Source: an uncultured Alphaproteobacteria bacterium
Lineage (GTDB): Bacteria > Pseudomonadota > Alphaproteobacteria > Rhizobiales > Xanthobacteraceae
Assembly: GCA_963711955.1 (NCBI GenBank)
Contig: CAVQGC010000001.1
Coordinates: 41,203 to 105,202 of the forward strand
Direction: 5' to 3'
Length of the DNA stretch: 64,000 nt
Part shown: piece after piece, positions 1 through 9,704 of the stretch
Layout: each line of letters opens with the position of its first letter
Numbering within the stretch: position 1 is the stretch's first letter
Made by a program: the position numbers and the translations under genes
Notes under the pieces: generated by a model
Database searches by the model: none
What the model was told of the DNA's origin: nothing
What the model saw: the letters and a program-made list of their open reading frames with translations, nothing else

Positions 1-14
1 CGCTGCTGCCGCTG

Positions 15-998
15 ATGACGCAATCCTGGCAGCTCATCGTGCTGTGGGGTGTGTTCGTCGGCTCCGGCATCGGCTTCGTCGCCAACGTGCTGGCCGCGAT
101 CGTGGCGACGCGCTGGTTCGTGGCGCGGCGCGGCCTGGTGATGGGCATGCTCTCCTCCGCCACGGCCGCCGGACAGCTTCTGTTCCTGCCGCCGCTCGCC
201 ATCATCGCGGCGACTTACGGCTGGCGCTCCATGGTTGGCGTGCTGGCCACCGCTATCCTGTGCCTGATCCCGCTGGTGGCGCTGCTGATGCGCAACCGCC
301 CCGAGGACATCGGCCTGCGCGCCTACGGCGAGACCGCCGACGCGAAGCCGCCGGAGCGCACCACCGGCAATCCGATCCGCAACGCGTTCCGCGCGCTGGG
401 CTTTGGCCTGCGCCACCGCGACTTCTATCTGCTCGCCGGCACGTTCTTCGTCTGCGGCGCGTCCACCAACGGGCTGATCGGCACGCATCTGATCCCGGCC
501 TGCATCGACAACGGCATCCCGGAGATCATGGCGGCGAGCCTGCTTGCCTCGATGGCGATCTTCAACTTCATCGGCGCCACCGGCTCGGGCTATCTCAGCG
601 ACCGCGTCGACTGCCGCGTGCTGCTCTGCGTCTATTACGCGCTGCGCGGGCTGTCGCTTCTCTTTTTGCCGTTCTCGTTCGACACCTTCTACACGCTGTC
701 GCTGTTCGCGGTGTTCTACGGCCTCGACTGGATCGCCACCATCCCGCCGACCGTGAAGCTGATCGGCCAGAGCTTCGGCCGCGAGAAGACCGCGGTGATG
801 TACGGCTGGATCACCTGCTGCCACCAATTCGGCGGCGCCAGCGCGGCGTTCTTCGGCGGCGTGCTGCGGGTCAATTTCGACACCTACATGCACGCCTTCA
901 TGATCTCGGGCCTGATGTGCCTGATCGCGGCGATCATGGCGCTGTTCATCGGCTACAATCGCGAGCAGCCGGTCAAGCCGGCGGTGGCGGCGGCGTAG
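15..998 (+). CDS. MFS transporter (OFA/YbfB-like), 5' end lies upstream of the window
   Basis: Multiple hydrophobic helices, MFS loop motifs (TRWFVARRGLVMG; GYLSDRVD); frame is open from the window edge. Confidence 0.85.
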   Translation: MTQSWQLIVLWGVFVGSGIGFVANVLAAIVATRWFVARRGLVMGMLSSATAAGQLLFLPPLAIIAATYGWRSMVGVLATAILCLIPLVALLMRNRPEDIGLRAYGETADAKPPERTTGNPIRNAFRALGFGLRHRDFYLLAGTFFVCGASTNGLIGTHLIPACIDNGIPEIMAASLLASMAIFNFIGATGSGYLSDRVDCRVLLCVYYALRGLSLLFLPFSFDTFYTLSLFAVFYGLDWIATIPPTVKLIGQSFGREKTAVMYGWITCCHQFGGASAAFFGGVLRVNFDTYMHAFMISGLMCLIAAIMALFIGYNREQPVKPAVAAA

Positions 999-1010
999 CG
1001 ACACACTGGG

Positions 1011-1187
1011 TGTCATCGCCCGCGACCCGCCTACGCACAAGGCTTCGGCGGGTTGGACCGAGTCCGCCGGAGCTTCAGCGAAGGCGGAAAGCGGGCGATC
1101 CAGTACACACCGCCTTGGAAATGGGGCAGGTTATCGTCCGATCTTGAGGATCATGATTACTGGATGCCCGCTTTCGCGGGCATGACA
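1011..1187. repeat. REP-like inverted doublet (TGTCATCGCCCGCGAAAGCGGGCGATCCAGTA family) with a second palindromic repeat nested in the left hairpin loop
   Basis: Arms match the uninterrupted copies at 11506-11580 and 14704-14806; extra 61 bp at 1026-1086. Confidence 0.85.
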
Positions 1188-1205
1188 CCGGGAGTGAGGA
1201 AACGC

Positions 1206-1959
1206 ATGCCCTTCGACAAAGAACTCGCCGGCCGCGTCGCCATCATCACCGGCGCCGGCCGCAGCATCGGCCGCGAGATGGCGATCGAGCTTGCCTCCGC
1301 CGGCTGCAACGTGGTCGTCAACGTGCGCAGCAACCGCGCCGAGGCGGAGGAGGTGGTGAAGGCCGTCGAGGCGAAGGGCGCGCGCGGCCTGGTCGCGGTC
1401 GCCGATGTGGTCGACGCCGCAGCGGTCAACGCCATGGCGCAAGTCCGCGCTCAAGACCTTCGGCCGCATCGATTACCTGATCAACAACGCCGCGCTGCGC
1501 CAGGAGAAGACCATCGAGGAGATGACCTTCGAGGACTGGCGCTTCATCAACGGCGTCATCCTCGACGGCGCGTTTCACTGCGTGAAGGCGTGCCTCGAGC
1601 CGATCAAGCAGAGCGACGCGGGCTCGATCATCAACATCGGCGGGCTGACCGGCGCGATGGGCGCGCCCGACCGCGCCCACGTCGTCACCGCCAAGGCCGG
1701 CATCGCGGGCTTCACCCGCGCGCTGGCGATGGAGCTCGCGCCCCGCAAGATCACCGTCAACACCATCGTGCCGTCGATGCTGGCGCGTCCCGGCAAGCCC
1801 AACGAGATCCCGGAGCATCCGGTGTACCGGCCGCTGCTCGGCCGCGCCGGCTGGCCGAACGACATCGCGCCGCTGGCGCGGCTCCTGCTCGGCCCCGGCG
1901 GGCGCTACATCACAGGGCAGATCATCAACGTCAGCGGCGGCACGTATTTCGGAACGTGA
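1206..1959 (+). CDS. Short-chain dehydrogenase/reductase (frameshift near 1440)
   Basis: TGAGRSIG, NNAA, ITGQIINVSGG motifs spread over ORFs 1053..2093 and 1405..1959. Confidence 0.85.
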
Positions 1960-1980
1960 TGCGAAGCGCGCTCCCTCGTT

Positions 1981-2095
1981 CGTCATGGCCGGGCATAGCA
2001 GTTCGAAGAACGGCGTCGCTTCGCTCGCCTATATCCACGCCTTGCTTGAGTGGCAGCCAAAGGCGTGGATGCCCGCGACGAGCGCGGGCATGACG
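1981..2095. repeat. REP-like doublet (CGTCATGGCCGGGC...GCGCGGGCATGACG) with an internal composite segment
   Basis: Terminal GTCATG/CATGAC inverted arms, internal ATCCACGCCTT/AAGGCGTGGAT stem. Confidence 0.75.
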
Positions 2096-2135
2096 GTGGC
2101 ATTTCCGCGGCTTGAGCGGGCAATGAGCTGATCTC

Positions 2136-3341
2136 ATGCAACCCTGGCTCATCGCGATCGCGGTCATCCTGGTCCTGCAGACAACGTCGGCGTTCCTCAC
2201 CCGCCTGGTGCCGATCGCCTCGCCGGCGTTCATGGCCGAGTTCGGCTGGGACGAGATCTGGGTCGGCTATCTTGCCGCCGCCAACATCATCGGCGCGCTG
2301 TTCGTGCTGTTCACCTGCATCGGCCTGATCCTGCGCATCGGCGGCGTGCGGGCGCTGCAGATTAGCCTGCTGATCGGCGCCGCGAGCCTGCTGCTGCTTC
2401 ATGTGCCGTCGTTGGCGCTGGCCGCTGCTCGCCAGCGCGCTGATCGGGCTCTCAGCAACGGCGCCGCCAACCCCGCGGGCAGCGAGGTGCTGCAACGCTT
2501 CACGCCGCCGGCGCGGCGCAATTTCGTGTTCTCCATCAAGCAGGCCGGCGTGCCGCTCGGCGGCGTCGTCGCGGGCCTCGCCATTCCGCCGCTGATCGAG
2601 GCGCTCGGCTGGCGCACCGCGCTGCTGCTCGCCGCCGCCGCCGCCGCCGTGGTGACGCTGGCGATGTGGCCGTTCCGGCCGCGCATCGACGCGCCGCGCC
2701 GAGGCGCCGGCCCAGGCCTGGCAGCACCGACCTTCAACGACCTCGCGGTGCCGCTGCGTTCGCTGATCGCGGGGCGAGGGCTGATGCGGATGGCACTGGT
2801 CGGCACCGCGCTGTCGGTCGCGCAGGCCTGCTGGTTTACCTTCGCGGTGACCTACCTGGTGGTCGGGCTCGGCCATTCGCTGAGCGTGGCGGGGCTGGTG
2901 TTCGCCATCATGCAGGCGACCAGCGTGATCGGCCGCATCGTGGTCGGCTGGATCGCCGACCGCGCCGGCTCCAGCACCATGACGATCGCGCTCGCGCCGT
3001 CGCGTCCGCGCTGGCGACCATCCTGTTCGGCCTCACCAGCGCCGACTGGCCGCTGTGGGCGCTCATTGCGCTGGCGGCATTCGCGGGCGTCGCGGTGTCG
3101 GGCTGGAACGGCGTTCAGGTCGCCGAGGTGGCGCGCCGCTCGCCGCGCGAGCTGGTCGGCGAGACGGCGGCGGGCAACGTCATCCTGGTGTTCCTCTGCC
3201 AACATGTTGGCGCCGGTCGCGTTCGCGGCGTTCGTCGCCGCCACCGGGCGGTTCGACCTCGCGTTCATGATCGCGGGCGCCTGCAGCCTGGTGTGCCTGC
3301 CGCTGCTGTGGGGATTGATGGGGAGTCGTAGGATGGGTTGA
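2136..3341 (+). CDS. MFS transporter (several frameshifts)
   Basis: Hydrophobic 12-TM pattern, VFSIKQAGVPLGG and GRIVVGWIADR motifs; stop codon lies inside the downstream REP. Confidence 0.8.
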   Translation: MQPWLIAIAVILVLQTTSAFLTRLVPIASPAFMAEFGWDEIWVGYLAAANIIGALFVLFTCIGLILRIGGVRALQISLLIGAASLLLLHVPSLALAAARQRADRALSNGAANPAGSEVLQRFTPPARRNFVFSIKQAGVPLGGVVAGLAIPPLIEALGWRTALLLAAAAAAVVTLAMWPFRPRIDAPRRGAGPGLAAPTFNDLAVPLRSLIAGRGLMRMALVGTALSVAQACWFTFAVTYLVVGLGHSLSVAGLVFAIMQATSVIGRIVVGWIADRAGSSTMTIALAPSRPRWRPSCSASPAPTGRCGRSLRWRHSRASRCRAGTAFRSPRWRAARRASWSARRRRATSSWCSSANMLAPVAFAAFVAATGRFDLAFMIAGACSLVCLPLLWGLMGSRRMG

Positions 3342-3413
3342 GCGCAGCGAAACCCATCATGAAGATGGGTTTGGGAGAGAAGATGGGTTTCGCTGCGCTC
3401 AACCCATCTTACG
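3327..3413. repeat. GTAG-type REP doublet
   Basis: CGTAGGATGGGTTGAGCGCAGCGAAACCCATC and near-perfect inverse GATGGGTTTCGCTGCGCTCAACCCATCTTACG. Confidence 0.85.
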
Positions 3414-3458
3414 CTTGCTTTGCCATGTTTCCTCCTCGCGGGTTGGTTCGCATTACTC

Positions 3459-3487
3459 TTGACTTTATTCCTATTTACGGATATATC
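3459..3487 (+). promoter_or_regulatory. sigma70-type promoter, -35 TTGACT / 17 bp / -10 TATATC
   Basis: AT-rich island with canonical spacing, ending 6 nt before the first helix of the structured element. Confidence 0.6.
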
Positions 3488-3492
3488 ACAAT

Positions 3493-3860
3493 CACCTCAT
3501 CCACCGAGGGCGTTCTCATGAGACGTCATTTGAGCGGGATGAGGTGCGGCTCCTCCGGACGGGTCTCGTAAACCCGCACTGGGGCGGCGCCGGGGCTCCC
3601 CCCGGGGATATTAAGGTCCCCTGCCAGGAGCTGGCTGACCTTGAGGCCCGGTTGAACCGGGACTCTCGAGAAAGCGGGGCCCGGTGCAGACAGGAAGAAG
3701 CCGCGATGGGGCGCCGCGAGGCGCAGCGCGCTTCGCACAAAGCGCGCGGTGCTCGCAAGAGCACCAACCAAGATGTGGCGCCGCGCGGTGCCCCATCCCC
3801 TCGGACTTCCGAGGGTGGAAATGCCGCAAAGCTCGGACGATCATCGCCGCGAGAAGGAAA
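3493..3860 (+). ncRNA. Putative highly structured non-coding RNA or multicopy intergenic element
   Basis: Helices 3493-3502/3537-3546, 3705-3718/3784-3797, 3726-3733/3740-3747, 3748-3754/3759-3765 (GCAA loop), 3798-3815; G-U pairs favour the + strand; no credible ORF. Confidence 0.55.
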
Positions 3861-3903
3861 AGGTGTGTGCGCATGGCACTGCGGGCCGCAGTAACGCATT
3901 CGG

Positions 3904-4014
3904 TGTCATGCCCGGGCTTGACCCGGGCATCCATGAAGCGGAGCGCACAGAAAATCTTACACTGATAGTTGCGGCGCAGCCTCATGGATTGCCGGGTCAA
4001 GCCCGGCAATGACG
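3904..4014. repeat. REP-like doublet (GTCATGCCCGGGCTTGACCCGGGCATCCA family)
   Basis: Two inverted hairpin arms with a variable spacer. Confidence 0.85.
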
Positions 4015-4110
4015 ATGGAGAGGGCGGTGGCCGCGCACAGCCGGGAATGCTAGCGTCCGCCTCGAGGAATAATCCCAAGCAACCAATAGAAACAGCGTAA
4101 CGAGGGTGCC

Positions 4111-5541
4111 ATGTACAGCGAGCTCGGCCTTTTCATCGACGGCGCGTGGAAGAAGAACGGCGGCGGCGGCAAGTCGGAAGAGGTGATCAATCCGGCCACC
4201 GAAAAGCCGCTCGCCACCTTGCCGCACGCCAACACGGCCGATCTCGACGCCGCGCTGGAATCCGCCAAGAAGGGCTTTGCGGTCTGGCGCGCCACTTCGG
4301 CCTACGACCGCGCCAAGATCATGTCGAAGGCCGCGCAACTGATGCGCGACCGCCACGACGCCATCTCCAAGATCATGGTGATGGAGCAGGGCAAGCCGTA
4401 CGCCGAGGCGCGCGGCGAGGTGATCGTCTCCGCCGACATCATCGACTGGTACGCCGAGGAAGGCCGCCGGTCGTATGGCCGCATCGTTCCGGGCCGTGGC
4501 AAGGGCGTCCGCCAGCTCGTCATGCACGAGCCGATCGGCGTCATCGCCGCGTTCACGCCGTGGAATTTCCCGGTGCTCACTCCGGCTCGCAAGATCGGTG
4601 GCGCGCTGGCGGCCGGCTGCTCGCTCATTCTCAAGGCGTCGGAAGAGACGCCGGGCGCCTGCGTCGAGATGGTGAAGTGCTTCGCCGACGCCGGCCTGCC
4701 GGCAGGCGTGCTGAACCTGGTGTTCGGCGTGCCGTCGGACGTGTCGGAGCATCTGCTCTCGAAGGACGCGGTGCGCAAGATTTCGTTCACCGGCTCGATC
4801 CCGGTCGGCAAGCATCTGGCGCAACTCGCCGCCAAGGGCATGAAGCGCACCACCATGGAGCTCGGCGGCCATTCGCCGGTCGTGGTGTTCGGCGACGCCG
4901 ACCCGGAGAAGGCGGCCGACACCATCGCGGCGTTCAAGTACCGCAACGCCGGCCAGGTCTGCATCTCGCCGACCCGCTTCTACGTGCAGGAGGACGTCTA
5001 CAAGCGCTTCCTGACGCGCTTCACCGAATACGCCAAGGGCGTGAAGGTGGGCGACGGCCTGGAGAAGGGCATCGGCATGGGCCCGCTCGCCAACTCGCGG
5101 CGGCTCGATGCGATGGACGCATTCGTCGCCGACGCCAAGGACCGCGGCGGCAAGGTCGCCACCGGCGGCACGCGGCGCGGCAACCAGGGCTATTTCTACG
5201 AGCCGACCGTCATCACCGACGTGCCGGATGATTCGAAGATCATGACGCAGGAGCCGTTCGGGCCGCTGGCGCCGATCGTCACCTTCAAGACCTTCGACGA
5301 GGTGGTGCAGCGCGCCAATTCGCTGGAGTTCGGGCTTGCGGCCTACGCCTTCACCTCGTCGGCCTCGACCGCCGCCGCGATCGGCGACGCCATCGAATCG
5401 GGTATGGTGGGCGTCAACTCGATCGCGATCTCGACGCCGGAGACGCCGTTCGGCGGCGTCAAGGAGAGTGGCCACGGCAGCGAGGGCGGCACCGAGGGCC
5501 TCTCGGCCTATCTCGTCACCAAGTTCATCTCGCAGGGTTGA
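4111..5541 (+). CDS. NAD-dependent aldehyde dehydrogenase (succinate-semialdehyde / alpha-ketoglutaric-semialdehyde DH family)
   Basis: FTPWNFP, SFTGS, MELGGH, NAGQVC, EPFGP motifs. Confidence 0.9.
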   Translation: MYSELGLFIDGAWKKNGGGGKSEEVINPATEKPLATLPHANTADLDAALESAKKGFAVWRATSAYDRAKIMSKAAQLMRDRHDAISKIMVMEQGKPYAEARGEVIVSADIIDWYAEEGRRSYGRIVPGRGKGVRQLVMHEPIGVIAAFTPWNFPVLTPARKIGGALAAGCSLILKASEETPGACVEMVKCFADAGLPAGVLNLVFGVPSDVSEHLLSKDAVRKISFTGSIPVGKHLAQLAAKGMKRTTMELGGHSPVVVFGDADPEKAADTIAAFKYRNAGQVCISPTRFYVQEDVYKRFLTRFTEYAKGVKVGDGLEKGIGMGPLANSRRLDAMDAFVADAKDRGGKVATGGTRRGNQGYFYEPTVITDVPDDSKIMTQEPFGPLAPIVTFKTFDEVVQRANSLEFGLAAYAFTSSASTAAAIGDAIESGMVGVNSIAISTPETPFGGVKESGHGSEGGTEGLSAYLVTKFISQG

Positions 5542-5576
5542 GCGGCAACGCCAACCCCAAATCCAAGGAGGAGCGC

Positions 5577-5714
5577 ATGGCTAATCGCGAGCAAGGCAAG
5601 AGCCGGGAAAAGAAGAAGCCGAAGGCTGACAAGAACAAGCAGCCCAAGCACCAGCCGTTCGGCGGCAAGACGCCGTTCGGCCAGATGCCGCAGGTCGGCC
5701 AGCAGAAGAAGTAG
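5577..5714 (+). CDS. 45-aa Lys/Gln-rich small protein
   Basis: AAGGAGGAG RBS, ATG..TAG, MANREQGKSREKKKPKADKNKQPK...; stop is 3 nt before the next ATG. Confidence 0.7.
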   Translation: MANREQGKSREKKKPKADKNKQPKHQPFGGKTPFGQMPQVGQQKK

Positions 5715-5717
5715 CGT

Positions 5718-6041
5718 ATGGCGGACGCGGTGGTCTGTGCGGTCTCGGACGTGCCCGAGAATTCGGTGCAGCGGTTCGAGATCGGCACGGCCGTGCTTGC
5801 CGTCTACAACATCGGCGGCGCGTTCTACGCCACCGACAACGAGTGCACCCACGGCGCCGCGAGCCTCGCCGACGGCATCCTCGAGGACGGCATCATCGAG
5901 TGCACGCTGCACTTCGGCGCGTTCGACGTGAAGACCGGCGCGGCGGTGCAGGCGCCGTGCTTCGTGCCGCTGCGCACTTACAAGGTCGCGGTGAAGGACG
6001 GGCAGGTGTTGGTGGACTTGGACAAGTCGGCGGAGGAATAG
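5718..6041 (+). CDS. Rieske-type ferredoxin (dioxygenase ferredoxin subunit)
   Basis: CTH...CTLH Rieske motif in a 107-aa protein. Confidence 0.92.
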   Translation: MADAVVCAVSDVPENSVQRFEIGTAVLAVYNIGGAFYATDNECTHGAASLADGILEDGIIECTLHFGAFDVKTGAAVQAPCFVPLRTYKVAVKDGQVLVDLDKSAEE

Positions 6042-6048
6042 CGGGCGC

Positions 6049-8380
6049 TTACGCGCCCGCCGCCTGACACGCCCGCCACAGCTTCTCGGACGTCGCCGGC
6101 ATATCGATCCGCTTGCTGGCCTCGCCGGGGATGGCGTCCGCGACCGCGTTCATCACCGCGGCGATCGCGGCAGTGGTGCCGGCCTCGCCCGCGCCCTTGA
6201 CGCCGAGCGGGTTGGTGGTCGCCGGCACCGGGCAGAAGCCCTCCTTGAACGAGGGCACGTCGTGCGCGCGGGGCATCGCGTAGTCCATGAACGAGCCGGA
6301 CACGAGCTGGCCGCCGGAATCGTAAACGGTGTTCTCCATCATCGCCTGTCCGACGCCGCAGGTGACGGCGCCGTGGGTCTGGCCCTCGACGATCATGTGG
6401 TCGAGCACGTTGCCGCAATCGTCCACCGCGGTGTAGCTCGCCAGCGTCAGCTTGCCGGTCTGCGGGTCGATCTCCACCTCTGCGACGTGGCAGCCGTTCG
6501 GGAAGGTGAGGGGCGTCTCGGTCTGCAGCTTGGTGTCGAGGCTTTCGGGGATCTCACCCTTCTTCTTCATCTCGGCGGCCTTCGCCGCGGTGTCGAACAG
6601 CGAGATGCGCCGGTCGGTGCCGACCACGTTGAATGCGCCGTTCTTGTATTCGATGTCGCTCTCGCCGGCTTCGAGCGCCGCCGCCGCGACCTTCTTGCCC
6701 TTGGCGAGCACCGCCTCGATGGTCTTCACCATGGAATGCCCCACCGTCATGGCCGATCGCGAGCCGACCGAGGCATAGCCCGCAACCTCGTGGCGGCTGT
6801 CGCCGTGGTGATGCTTGATCTCCTCGAACTTGATGCCGAGCCGCTCGGCGACCAGGCGCGGAAAGATCGTGGCGTGGCCCTGGCCGGTCGACTGCACGTT
6901 GAGCGTGAGATCGAGCGTGTTGCCGCCGGGGAAGCCCATCATCAGGCCCTCGATCGGCGCGCCGCCGGAATGCTCCAGCACGAAGCAGACGCCAAGGCCG
7001 CGTAGCAGGCCCTTCTTCTTCGACTCCTTCTTGCGCGCCTTGAAGCCCTCGTAGTCGGCGAGCGCCAGGCCCTGGTCGATCACCGCGGCGAAGTCGCCGG
7101 AATCGTAGGTGGTGCCGACCGCGGTCTTGTACGGCATCGCCTTACGCGAGATCAGGTTGCGTCTTGCGCAGTCTGACCGGGTCGATACCCGTTACGCGCG
7201 CCGCCTCGTCGACCACGCGCTCGATGCAGTAGCTCGCCTCCGGGCGTCCGGCGCCGCGATAGGGCGCGGTGACGACCGTGTTGGTGAACACGCAGCGAGT
7301 CTGCGCGTCGACCAGCTTGATGTCGTACATGCCCGGCAGGCAGCGCATCATGTTGATGGTCTGGATGTTGGCGCCGACCGCGCCGATGTAGGCGCCCATG
7401 TTGCCGATGTGGCGGATGCGCAAGGCGAGGAACTTGCCCTTCTCGTCGAGCGCAAGCTCAACGTCGCTGTAGGCATCGCGGGCGTGGTTGTCGGTGAGGA
7501 ACGCTTCGGAGCGGCCGCACATCCAGTAGACCGGGCGGCCGATCTTCTTCGCCGCCGCCAGGATTGCGATGTATTCGGGGTACGGCCCGGTCTTCAGGCC
7601 GAACGCGCCGCCGACCTCTTCGGTTGTCACGCGGATCTTGTCGTTGCCGATCTTGAGCACGCCCGCCATCGAGTCGCGCATGGCGCGCGCGCCCTGCGAG
7701 CAGACCCGCAGGTTGAACAGGTCGGCCGCGGCGTCATAGCTCGCCGTTGCGCCGCGCGGCTCCATCGAGGCGACGTTGAGCCGGTTGTGGAACAGCGACA
7801 CCTTCGCGACGTGCTTGGCCGAGGCGAATACGCGCTCGACCTCCTTGGCATTGGCCTCCGGGTCCGGCGCGAGGCCCGCCCAGTCGATCGCGATGTTGCC
7901 GGGCGCCTCGGGATGCACCTGCGGCGCGCCTTTCGCCACGGCGGCCTTGGCGTCGACCACCGGCTCGCGCGTGGCGTACTCGACGACAACCGCTTCGGCG
8001 CCGTCCTGCGCCGCTGCCAGCGTCTCGCCGATCACGACCGCCACGGCCTCGCCGATGTGGCTGACGCGCTCGGCCGCCAGCGAGGGGCGGAACGGCATGA
8101 TCAGCTTGGCGCCGCCGCGGCCGGCCAGCGGCGGATGCTGCGACACGCTGCCGTGGAAGTCCTTCAGGTCCGCGCCGGTGAGCACCGCGACCACGCCCTT
8201 GATCGCTTTCGCCGCGCTGACGTCGATCGACTTGATGTCGGCTGCAGCGTGCGGAGAGCGCACGAAGGCCGCCTGGGTCTGGCCCGGCAGCGGGGCGTCC
8301 GACATGTAGCGGCCGAGCCCCCGCAGGAACTGCTCGTCCTCGATACGGGGCGTGCGCTTGTGGCTGGTCTTGGTGTCCAT
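6049..8380 (-). CDS. Xanthine-oxidase-family molybdopterin large subunit (form II CoxL-like), frameshift near 7145-7170
   Basis: VGGAFGLK, APYRGAGRPE, STGQGH, GVKGAGEAG; ORFs of 412 and 362 aa. Confidence 0.88.
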
Positions 8381-8459
8381 GTCGGCTAGGGCTTTCCAGG
8401 AAGGGTGGGCTAAAGTATCGGCGGGACTTGGAAATTACCGGCCGAGGCGCGATCCTGCA

Positions 8460-9657
8460 ATGACCCAGACCCCTGACAAATCAGCGCCTATCGGGCTGGG
8501 CATCTGCGGTCTCGGCATGGCCGGCGCCGTGATGGTGCAGGCGGCCGCCGCCCACTCCGGCTACGCGCTACGCGCTGCCGCCGACCCGCACCCCGGCCCC
8601 CGCGAGGCCTTCGCCCGCGACTTCAACGCCAGCGCCTACGCCGACATGAAGGAATTGTGCGCCGACAAGGCGGTGGAGGCGATCTACATCGCGACGCCGC
8701 ACCAGTTTCACGCGCCGCACGCCGATCATGGCGGCAGAGCACGGCAAGCACATCATCCTGGAAAAGCCGATGGCGCTGACGCTCGCCGACTGCGACGCGA
8801 TCATCGCGGCGGTGGAGCGCAACAAGGTGCAGCTCATCGTCGGCCACACCCACGCGTTCGATCCGGCGGTGCGCGCGATGCGCGGCATGATCGCGAGCGG
8901 CGAACTGGGCCAGCTCGGCATGATCAACTCGTTCAACTACACGACGTATCTTTACCGTCCGCGCCGGCCGGAGGAGCTCGACACCTCGAAGGGCGGCGGC
9001 ATCCTGTTCAACCAGGTGCCGCACCAGATCGACACGGTGCGCCTGCTCGGCGGCGGCATGGTGAAGAGCGTGCGCGCGCAGGCGAACGTGCTCGATCCCG
9101 CGCGGCCGACCGAAGCGGGCTGCATTGCGTTCCTGCAATTCGAGAACGGCGCCGCCGCATCGATGGTGTACGGCGGCTACGATTTCTTCGATTCCGACGA
9201 GTGGCATTTCGGCATCGGCGAGCGCGGCGCGCCGAAACCGCTTTCGCATGGCGCATCACGCCGCGCGCTCGCACAAGCCAAGGAGGAAGCCGGGCTGCGG
9301 ACCAAAACGCAGGCTTACGGCGCCAGCAAGCAGGACATGCCGCCGAACCAGCCGCACTTCGGCCTCACCATCGTCACCTGTGCGGGCGGCGAGATGCGAC
9401 CGTCGAAGGATGGCGTTCTGGTCTATGGCCGCGACGGCCTGCGCGAGATCGCGTTGCCGCGCGGCGAGGGAATGCCGGGGCGGCAGGAGGTGCTTGACGA
9501 CATGGCAGCAGCGATCCGCACCGGCAAGAAGCCGGTGCACGACGGCCGCTGGGGCAAGGCCACTGTCGAGGTTGCGCTCGCGATCCAGCGCTCGTCGCGC
9601 GAGGGCCGTGAGATCGTGCTGGACCATCAGGTGGCGGTGGACGATCTGGCGCGCTAG
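8460..9657 (+). CDS. Gfo/Idh/MocA oxidoreductase, phthalate 4,5-cis-dihydrodiol dehydrogenase (OphB/Pht4)-like; frameshift near 8725
   Basis: GLGMAG, ATPHQFH, EKPMAL, LYRPRRPEELDT, HQID, DPARPTE. Confidence 0.8.
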
Positions 9658-9704
9658 ATATAGAGAAAGCCCGAAATCCCGCGCCTTGGGAGCCAGAGCC
9701 AGAC

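Noticed and set aside
3493-3860. RNase P, tmRNA, SRP, 6S or cobalamin riboswitch identity for the structured element
   Set aside because: Diagnostic sequences (GAGGAAAGTCC, tRNA-like ends with a tag ORF, the SRP GGAA-loop domain, the B12 box) were not found.
3516-4078. Overlapping ORFs of 81-155 aa across the structured element
   Set aside because: No RBS, family motifs or codon bias; better explained by GC-rich palindromic non-coding sequence.
6049-8380. Bona fide aerobic CO dehydrogenase
   Set aside because: It lacks the form I AYxCSFR motif and adjacent coxMS or accessory genes.
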